A DNA stretch of 33,456 nucleotides, taken from NCBI RefSeq assembly GCF_001194135.2, contig NC_068999.1, positions 13,892,239 to 13,925,694 on the forward strand. The letters run 5' to 3'. Positions 23,973 to 33,456 of the stretch are shown in pieces. The first letter of the stretch is position 1. Each line of letters opens with the position of its first letter. Under the pieces are notes generated by a model that saw only the letters and a program-made list of their open reading frames with translations, had not been told where the DNA came from and did no database searches. Source of the DNA: Octopus bimaculoides. Its lineage: Eukaryota. Made by a program: the position numbers and the translations under genes.

Positions 23973-25789
23973 ATATATGTACTCTCACGCCCATATGCGT
24001 GTATACATGCAGAAACGTAGAAGCACATACATGTATATATGTATGTCTCTCCATGACCGTTTATTTGGATATGTGTTTACCTCTGAGTGTATGTGTGTAT
24101 GTGCGTGTGTGTGCGCGTGCGTGTGTGTGTGAGTGTATGTGCGTGTATGTGTGTATGTGTGTGCATGTGTGCGTCCTGTTGTTAATACAGATGTTAGAGT
24201 GCGAGCAATTTTATAGCTTTCCTATTTCTGACAGTACCAATGAAAGTTGTATATTCTTTCGTCGCCTCCAGCAATTATAGATTTGTTCACTGTGCTCTGT
24301 CTTCTTTTAATTACCATTTCTTTTAAAACTTTGGAGGATTAGGAAAGCAGACATATTACAATTGTTACTACTCAATTCCTATTTGAGAATTGTGTGCCAC
24401 GCTATTTCTATATTAAATTGATATTAATATTTTATACATTTGCTCACGCATATCTTTATCATCATTAGGAACAACGACAGGGGGTCTTTACTATCCATAA
24501 TACTAAAAGTATCCAGCTCACGAAAAATGACGTTTCAATTACAAAACAAAATGGCGACTTCATTTGCATGAAACATAAAACATATATCTATGATTATTAC
24601 TGATATCAAAAAACATGCTTTCGTTTAAATTCGACAATGTAAAAAAAATAAAATAAAAAGAACGAAACAATATTTAATTAATATAGCCTAATAATGTCTT
24701 GTAATTTTCTTTTACACTTTCTTAATGCCACCTGTCAAAACACTTTGATATTTGTTTTCATCCAAGTAGTTTTATAACTTACTTAAAGTTCTGACACAGA
24801 TGCGTTTTAGATTAAGTCATGCAACAAAATAAGTTTAAGGACCATGTACAATCAGTTATGTAAATTATTTCTAACAAATGTGTGTGTTTGTGTGTCTGTA
24901 AGTATAGATAGATATGTATGTATGTCAATGTATGTACGTATACTTATATGTATGTGCTCATATCAGAACACATAACCGACAACCACACACACACGGATGA
25001 TATGTACATGTTCCGTCTTTGAGCAAATATATAGTGGTGCTTTTGCAAATGTATGGTGCGTGTGTATCAAGATGAATCTAAAGAAGAGGTAAATATGAAC
25101 GATCGTGGTTATATATGTGATTACATTCTGACGCATAAACTATATATTTAATTACATGAAGTAACATGTAATTATCTATTTCTCCTAAACTTTGTTAGTT
25201 AACTGTTCAATGACATGAACATATGATATAATTTCGGCGAACGTAATAGTTGTCCACAAGCAGTTGATGTGTCTATTATAGTCTAAAATATAATGTCCTG
25301 CCCAGTAATAACTCCATAACAGCATAAAATTTTACACTGCAAATTTAGGGTATTCAGAATAACAATTTAGAAACTTCGTGAAATTAATATTACTTGCTGC
25401 TGTTGTTTCACATCTTCTTTTTGTTAATAGTGATAATGATGATGGTGGAATTGTTTGTAATGAAGTTATTGTTATTGAAACTTCTCTCAATCTACGGTCA
25501 ATGTCATTTACGACATGGTTATACAAAACTTTCATTCAACGTTTGCATACCTAATCCATAAGCAATTTTTTTTTATTTGATTTTGATCAGTTTGGACCAC
25601 CATCGTTATGTTGTTGATCACTTATAGAGGAAAGGAATACTTAACACATTGAACTTGAATTTCTGTGTGAAAACCACTTTAAATTAGTTCATATTGCTTT
25701 CTTTTCAGCCGGGAATAGAAAAAAGTTGTTACAACTTTGAAATCTCCGTTTCCTCTTTCTTTCATAGAATAATAAGTACTTAGTATCTA

Positions 25790-25935
25790 ATTTGCACACA
25801 CAAACACACACAGCGACATACAAAGACGCAGACATACGTACGCAGACAGACACACACAAAAACACGCACGTACACAAACACGCACACACACACGCACAAA
25901 ACACAGGGACTCACACACACACACATACACACATA
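25790..25935. repeat. imperfect (CA)n tract
   Basis: Seen directly. Confidence 0.9.
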
Positions 25936-27008
25936 TCGCGTGGTGTTTTGGTGATAGAGCGACCACATTCTTTGAAATGTACTACAGAACCGGATATCTC
26001 GCACATACGATATGGCTTCAATATACTACGGAAAACTACGCCGTTTATTTCATTCCGTAATTTTAGTCAGTAATACATCCTGAATCCGTTAAAAGTAAAT
26101 ATCTCATCCAGATGGACAGTCGAATATCTCCAATATGTCTGAATGAAAACAGAGTGTACACTTGTGAACTGTTAACATATACACGCCGTTATTTCACCTC
26201 TAAATATCTACTAGTGGCATAATCAAATTCATACAATTATCAAATGTATAGCTGACTAAACGTGGTTGAATAATTACTAACAATGTCAAGAGTGTGAGGT
26301 TAAATATGACGCTGAGAAAATGTACATAATTATTAATGCAAATGACTTTAATAATGAAAGATATTGTGCGCCCTATTAACGCAGTATGCATTTAGAGGAA
26401 ACCTAGTGTGTTTAGAGTGTACAGTTCAGGAGGTTAGGAACATTATGACAAAAGTTCATTGCTTTAATTTCTCGGTCAACACGTTTCTTATGAAAATATT
26501 GATTGTCTCTGAGCTCTGATTATTTACATAGTAACAATGTAGAATTTTAATTAAAAATATTCATTCCATTAGATAAATATCAATAAAATCATAAGTGAAT
26601 CAAAGAAAAATTATTAAAGAAACATTTTATTAATATTATGAAATGTTCTTTTTTCTTACTACTTTCGATGATTTTATTAGTATGATACTTTTCGACTGAT
26701 CTCTCTACAATACGATGCTGCAGTCCCGATATAGTATTTAAGCAGTAGAACAAAAAACAGCAATTGAGTGTTATTTGATTTATGTGCTTACATATGTAGC
26801 AATTTATATTCCTGTGTGGGGTTTGTAGGTGTATGTAAGAACGCACAATAATATACATGCGTATACACACACACACATAAAACAGACACCCACACACACT
26901 GGTCAACAAAAGTGCACACATATATGCAGGAGGCTGCACTATATTGAAAGTTTTCGTCATCGATATATATCTTCTAATAAAAGTGTGATTTTGAGTCATC
27001 TCTTACAG

Positions 27009-27054
27009 GATGGTGTTTAGCCCATTCACAAATATAATAGGAAGACCGCAAAGG
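27009..27054 (+). CDS. candidate internal exon D (46 nt)
   Basis: Acceptor gtcatctcttacAG, very strong donor AGG|GTGAGT. Only phase 2 to 0 is open: MVFSPFTNIIGRPQR. Confidence 0.55.
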
Positions 27055-27248
27055 GTGAGTTGCATGAGATCCGTAGTCATCGGGAGACCGTGGCTGAAAC
27101 CAATGGCGATTCCATTGAATAAATTTGGTCCTTATTATTCCACGATATTTTTTATGTAATTTTGGTAAATATATATATTAAAATGAGATGTCCATGTTAT
27201 TTTCCTCTTTGTGTAATTTAAACGCGAAGTTCATCCAATTCCCCATGG

Positions 27249-27283
<35 letters not shown>

Positions 27284-28433
27284 CGTATGTATGCATGTGT
27301 ATATATACATATGTGTGTGTATGCATGTATACATATACTTGTGTCTGTGTGTCTGTATATATGTGTGTGGGGTGTGGGGGGGGGCTGTGATATTGACAAA
27401 GTTATATAAAGGTCATTAATAATTGAAATATTTGAATATCTATCTGGTGAATTGAAGTTTGTAAACGTAGTCTGTGAAATGCAATATTACCAAGCAATGA
27501 TATATTGTTACGGAATAGGAATCAGTGCGTTCCTTGATTAACTAATTAACCATAAACTAGAGGTCGAACTCTACTAAGACAATTACAGATATGTATGCAT
27601 TACACTATTGTTAATTCTGACGTCACATAACAACAATATGGTCATGTTTTAATATGTAAACTTTTTCGTGCTTCTTATACAACTATTTCAGTAATTCCTC
27701 TTACATCATATGTTATCAACGTTTAGGCGAGGATACCGTGTCAACGTCAAGCTAACACATCGTTAAGGACAGCAATGATTTCTGAAGCCCATCACTAATC
27801 ACTAATGTGAGCTCGACGGCAAGAATAGAAAGTTAAACGTCGATTATTCCATCCATAAATCACGAACTGTGTGATCTTGAATTCTACTCTCGTTTATTTA
27901 ATTAACAAATAATCAAACATTCCTTATATCATTTCATTAGGCATACTAAATAGTTGTACCATGCACACACGCGCGCGGGCATATATATATATATATATAT
28001 ATATATANNNNNNNNNNNNNNNNNNNNNNNNNNNNNNNNNNNNNNNNNNNNNNNNNNNNNNNNNNNNNNNNNNNNNNNNNNNNNNNNNNNNNNNNNNNNN
28101 NNNNNNNNNNNNNNNNNNNNNNNNNNNNNNNNNNNNNNNNNNNNNNNNNNNNNNNNNNNNNNNNNNNNNNNNNNNNNNNNNNNNNNNNNNNNNNNNNNNN
28201 NNNNNNNNNNNNNNNNNNNNNNNNNNNNNNNNNNNNNNNNNNNNNNNNNNNNNNNNNNNNNNNNNNNNNNNNNNNNNNNNNNNNNNNNNNNNNNNNNNNN
28301 NNNNNNNNNNNNNNNNNNNNNNNNNNNNNNNNNNNNNNNNNNNNNNNNNNNNNNNNNNNNNNNNNNNNNNNNNNNNNNNNNNNNNNNNNNNNNNNNNNNN
28401 NNNNNNNNNNNNNNNNNNNNNNNNNNNNNNNNN

Positions 28434-28476
<43 letters not shown>

Positions 28477-28736
28477 TGTGTGTCTCTGTGTGTGTATATA
28501 TATAAACACAGACGCACATACACACACACACATATGCTTCATGATGGTTATCGCTTTTAAAGTTCCTAATTTAAATAATGGAATGAAGCAAGAGGGGTCT
28601 TTTGTAGGGTTAAATTAAAAATTTATTTTTGCAATAACTGATAGATTTTAATTAAGTCAATACCGTATAATGTTTCAAGATTCTACTCATCTTGTTATAT
28701 TCGTGCTTGCATGTAGCTAGGCGATGACCGAAAGGC

Positions 28737-29185
28737 ATTAGATTACAAAGCGGAAGGTTATCCATACCAACCACTTTGTCCCATGTTCAGTCCCATTACG
28801 TACCCTTTCGGGTAATTGTCTGCTACATTAGCCCATGCCGGCCAAAGTCTAGTAAGTGGGTTTGGTAGATGGAAACTGAAAGAACACTATTGTTTTTATA
28901 TATAAACATGTTTGTGTACATATGTGTGTGAGTGTGTATTAGCGCGTGTTCTTTTACATGTTTGCATGAGTGGTGCTTGTTTGTGTGTTCCGGCACCGCA
29001 CATTTCTGCCCCAAACTTCCACCATCTGATAATCATTGTTGGTTGTTTTACTGTCCCCTAGATTATCGTTTCGGCAGCATAGGACGTTAGAGTGAGCACG
29101 ATACTAAACTAAATAAATAATTATTGGAATCAAGACAGGGCACAAGTATGACCGCAGTCCAATGATTGACGGAAGCAAAATATAA
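28737..29185 (+). mobile_element. degenerate bipartite SINE (head, internal TA/TG tract, tail)
   Basis: Head: taccaaccac...gttcagtccca...ggccaaagtctagtaagtgggtttggtagatggaaactgaaagaa. Internal microsatellite ~28895-28990. Tail: tgtcccctag..tcgtttcggca...tatgaccgcagtccaatgattga. Confidence 0.75.
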
Positions 29186-29849
29186 GCGATCCTATATATA
29201 CTTGTATATATATTTTGTGCCCTGTTGTATTATTTAAGTAGTATTTATTGCTCACTCAGATGTTTATTGTTTAGACAGACTCATTTAAGCATTTAATATC
29301 ACAATCAGTTTAGGTGTATCCATTTAGTTTTCGTGTAACGCTCAATAAATCAAAGGCAACAAGTTCAAATCAGCTTCTGTGTTTTACTACTGTTGCAAAG
29401 CACTAGTTCCAGGAAGAAAGCATTTGCCATAGTAACATTGCGTTATCAGGGTCAATAAATTATATATCCCTTCTATAAAGGATATATGTGCTCTTGACTT
29501 TATTTACTATATAATGATATTTTATTGATTTCAATATTATTAGTCATGACATTAATATAATTAAATATTGACTATATATTTACTCTCAGAAGTGTGTGAC
29601 ATCCGTGGCATGAAATATATATGACTTCTATGAGTTTTTTTGTTTCCTATTCCAAATTCTCTTTCGTTGGCCTATTGTCAGAAAGGACACAATTTTGATA
29701 AAAGTCAAATCCAATAAACTTCACAAGTCTCTTCATTGAAATGTAACCACAACCTATCAGCAAGTACATGAAATATTTTGCCGCTTCACATTTCTTTCTT
29801 GTTCCCTGCTCCTTAAGGCTCATGATATTGTTATAACAGTCGATGGCTA

Positions 29850-30250
29850 GCGATAATCATGTGTCTGATATAATGGTAAATTATAGTAAAGGCGATCAAT
29901 GTCAGTGGCAATTTCAAGAACAAACAAAATTTGGGTTATCTTCTGGTCTCTCCCTTCCCCTCCCAAATTCAGATGCCCAAATTTGCACTGTTGATAAAGC
30001 TTTTCCTCTCTAGCAATCATAATTGCAACAATGTCATTGGAGGCGACCCTTGTTCCCTGCCGTATCAAGGATGCCAAATGTTGTCCATTTTCAAGACAAT
30101 TCGCTAATTTTCAAGTCTTTAGACAGTCAGATGCCATTTTACCTGGAAAAAACAATTCACGTACAAATAAGAAAGTTTGAAATAACGGCATGCAAGATTT
30201 CACAGATCTGGCGCTACTCCTTCATTGTAGCCTACGGACTTTTCTGTCCA
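29850..30250 (-). mobile_element. probable decayed RTE-clade LINE 3' end
   Basis: Minus strand gives ...ELFFPGK...DCLKT*K...(LKMD.IW, other frame)..SLIRQGTRVA...EEK, then FVCS*NCH in another frame. This loosely follows the RTE C-terminus (GEL..GK; LA.DR..W.SLIR.G; F.C..C). Highly degenerate. Confidence 0.4.
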
Positions 30251-31609
30251 TCGTAGTATTTCCTATATAACGTTACATCTGATTCAATGCTACGAAGGAA
30301 TGGTTTCTATGTAATTTGACCATTGTCAAATTTATTTTGTTTCTGAAATTTTGATATGTATATATGCAACAATCTATGCAAAAACGAAAATTAATAGTTT
30401 ACTAGTTTCTATATTTCAATATAGTCTACACCGCTGTCACCGTTTGTATATTTGATTTTATTCCATGCGATGCTGAAACACATATAATATATTTAAAAAT
30501 ATAGTCATAACGTTAAAGTTGAATGTGTTAAGTTGCGTGAAGGCTGTGACCTGATATTTTTATAACTGATTTCAACTTTGATATTGGTAGTAAAATAAAA
30601 TAAGACGGATATTGAAGAAATATTTATAACTATGAAATGATTTTTGCATAATCGATATGCAATTCGTTCTCACATTTGTTTTCTGTCTGACTCTGGGATG
30701 ATTTGAAAAGATAGCTGAATATATTTGTGGAAAGATATATACAACAACTACGCAATGTCTAGACAAATTTAATCAGCCTTAGATCAATTTATCTTTGTTT
30801 ACTAATTTCATTTTACGGCATGCTTAGATTGAAATATAAGCTTGGCGGCAGCATGGTTTCAATTGTATGGAAACGAAAACCTTTCAAACCCAAACTGAAA
30901 TGAAAATAACTATAAGTCTGTTGACTTGTTCATATCTCGAAATAGAAAAGAAAGACAAATATTTCTAGTGCAAGTAAGCTAATAGCAATATCATCTTATT
31001 TGTCTGTATATAATGAAATTTGTCTGTAAAAGTATGATGAGGCTCTCAAAACATACATTGTAAAATATGTTATAAGATAAACATTTTGCTAAATTTAAGG
31101 CAATAACATCGATCGCAAATGAAATGTATTTAGTATTAATCAAAACGCCCCTCTTCCCTGCACGTGCGCACACAAACACACGCGCACACATGGATATATG
31201 ATATAAACCCATTTAAATGAAGATGATTTTGAATCTGATATGTGTATCTTCTGTTTTCAAACAGTAAATAGTTATTAATATTCTATGATTAAATGCAAGA
31301 TATTCTAAGCCATAAGCAAACTATTGTTATATTAGAAATTATAAAGTGCATTAGGATAGGTATATTTATATTACGTTCAGTTATATAGAGTACTCTTATT
31401 AAGCTAATCTCGTATGACTTATTCATTCCTCTGTTCTTTTGCACTTCCACCAGCAACTTACCACTAGCTAATGTCTGGCATGATATCACTCAGTACTGAG
31501 TTCATATCCATCATACGCCCTCGCCTTATTTACTATCAATGTTAAACTAGCTGCAACTTGCGACAAGCACAATATCACAGATTTGAAACCAGTTTTCATT
31601 CCTACGTAG

Positions 31610-31633
31610 CTTAAAGCAATCAATTTGCTCAAG
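31610..31633 (+). CDS. candidate microexon E (24 nt)
   Basis: Acceptor agttttcattcctacgtAG, consensus donor AAG|GTAAGT. Phase 0 to 0 gives LKAINLLK. Confidence 0.5.
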
Positions 31634-32142
31634 GTAAGTTGAAAGCTACCATGTTATGTCCTGTTATTGTAAACAGCAGCTTCGAATACATCTCTAACAA
31701 ACATGTCTTTCTCATCTTAGTAGATGTTAATTTGCGAGAGTGTACCTGTAACATACATATAATTAGGTACATCTGGTACCGAAAATATATATTAATGCAT
31801 AGAAATATGAATTTTAATCAAATGTACATGATTCCAGAAGTTATCCTTCCGAATAAAAGTATATTTGTTTATTCAAAATTGCTTGAAACTTTTCTTCTTT
31901 TCCGGGATTCGTATTATAGTACGAATTTTCGTAATAACAGCTTTTCATATAAAATGCGATACATAAATTTTGCCAATGCTCTAAATCAAATAATAAAAGC
32001 AATAGATATATGGTGTGAAATGTGTTCTAAATTGAAATCTGCGTTTATCAAATCTTATAAATGGAATGCCACTTGATACGGTATTCTCTCAAGAATACCA
32101 CAATGCTCGATTCACAAGTCTAATTAATCTCCCGTTTTGCAG

Positions 32143-32190
32143 CCAGTTACGATACGTATGTGCCAAGATATCTCCAGTCAAATCATGCCG
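32143..32190 (+). CDS. candidate internal exon F (48 nt)
   Basis: Branch-like ctaat plus acceptor ctcccgttttgcAG, donor CCG|GTAATA. Phase 0 gives PVTIRMCQDISSQIMP; all three frames are open. Confidence 0.4.
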
Positions 32191-32301
32191 GTAATAGAAA
32201 ATATATGATCTATTCTCTAAACCTGAGAAAATGAAAACTTTGGTATCAGAAGAAACAAACTCAGAATGTAAGACGGGAAAAAAATGCTGTGAAGCATTGT
32301 G

Positions 32302-32404
32302 AAAAGCTGACCTCGGTGGGGAATTTGAACTGAGAACGTAGCGGCAGACAAGTTACCTCTAAGCACTTCGCCCGGCGTGCTAAAGACTTTGGCAGCTCAC
32401 CGGC
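32302..32404 (-). mobile_element. 5' half of a SINE, same family as 14512-14721
   Basis: Reverse complement: gccggtgagctgccaaagtctttagcacgccgggcgaagtgcttag...acgttctcagttcaaattcc..ccgaggtc. Confidence 0.85.
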
Positions 32405-32405
32405 T

Positions 32406-32439
32406 TAATAATAATAATAATAATGATAATAATGATAGC

Positions 32440-32498
<59 letters not shown>

Positions 32499-32514
32499 TG
32501 ATGATGATGATGAT
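32406..32514. repeat. (AAT)n-(GAT)n compound microsatellite
   Basis: Seen directly. Confidence 0.97.
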
Positions 32515-33456
32515 AACAGCGTTAATAATACACAAATGCCAGATTGCACAGATCCTATGAAGTAAACAAACTATAAAAGCAGTGGTACAAATTGTAGAAA
32601 AGAAACGAACGGAATAAGCTAGTATCAAGTGAAAGAAGAAAATATATATATACAAAACCAAATAATAGACGTTTGAAAAAGAATACAAACTGAATTTCTA
32701 TTAACAATATACGTAAGATTCGGGAACATCGCTGTGCACAGAGAAGTCCAGGATAGTTTTATATTAGATTGTTGAGTTCATAGTAAGTATCACGATGTGT
32801 ATAGTAACACGAATAATTGTATTTACTATATATAATAATCATTTAATTAAAATAAGAACAATGATTATAGGTTCCTTGCCTCAGTTTTCAGTAGCATATA
32901 ATTTTAGTCGTAATTCAGCGTGTTGTTTTGTAATTGCTACTTGGTTCTTATAGAAACACTACACCAAATCCAATCCCAATTGTGAACTATGATCAACTAT
33001 TTGATATCACTTATTTAATTTATATAGTAAAGAATAAATATATTTTTTCAATATTTAACTGTATTTTTTTTGTATGCTATATAAATTACATTGAATTAAG
33101 AATAGAAATTGTAATAATATGAATACCAGGATAAACATCTATATTACTAATGATATCAGTAATGGTATTTAGAATGTTATCTTTAAAGGTTGAACCCTTC
33201 GATGAACTTCACTTAATTGCATTAGATTTTTGGTACGGCGTATACGATATAACAGTTATCAGATGGATGTCATGCAATAGAGAACAGAAAGGTTTTTATT
33301 TTGAACACCATTTCAAGCATGTAATTAATTCGAGCAAATTTATATATACTTTTTTTTATTTTACATTTCTTATTAAATTATATTTATTTTCATTTTATTT
33401 TCAAATAAAATATGTGTTCTTCTTTATTTCATTTTGTGTGTATTTTCCCCAAATAT

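Larger units (their letters stand above)
1242..28433. other. 12 assembly gaps (N runs)
   Basis: N runs at 1242-1617, 2908-3083, 5024-5125, 6988-7116, 7431-8051, 9213-9618, 12038-12266, 14349-14463, 16590-16625, 18827-19668, 23615-23931 and 28008-28433. Most have (TA)n on at least one side. Confidence 0.99.

Noticed and set aside
25150-25173. Hairpin aattacatg/catgtaatt
   Set aside because: A 9-bp AT-rich stem is expected by chance.
1048-28560. Long ORFs in the track containing X runs or YI/HT/CV repeats
   Set aside because: They read through N gaps and dinucleotide microsatellites and are not coding evidence.
1-33456. CRISPR array or prokaryotic/viral insert
   Set aside because: No repeat-spacer structure, no gene-dense segment and no compositional shift.

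Overview
This is AT-rich, microsatellite-dense eukaryotic DNA from a gapped short-read scaffold: 12 N-gaps totalling about 3.8 kb, most with (TA)n on at least one side. It is most likely an Octopus genome, an inference from SINE families I recall as octopod types plus the repeat style. No prokaryotic features, CRISPR arrays, rRNA or true tRNA genes are present. Most ORF-track entries are artefacts of gaps and microsatellites. Supportable content: (i) about seven tRNA-derived SINE copies or fragments; (ii) decayed retroelements, namely an R4/Dong-like REL-endonuclease 3' end embedded in (TAA)n, a Penelope GIY-YIG fragment and a probable RTE 3' end; (iii) a 134-aa ORF resembling the N-terminus of a Sola-type transposase, fused to a ~210-bp segment that has a second copy at 11.0 kb; (iv) a diverged ~270-bp tandem duplication; (v) a chain of six small, phase-compatible plus-strand candidate exons (23-63 nt) over ~26 kb, suggesting the window is mostly intronic in an unidentified gene; (vi) a probable Illumina adapter remnant at a contig end. 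I did not find a convincing new biological system. The exon chain and the Sola-like derivative are the best leads.
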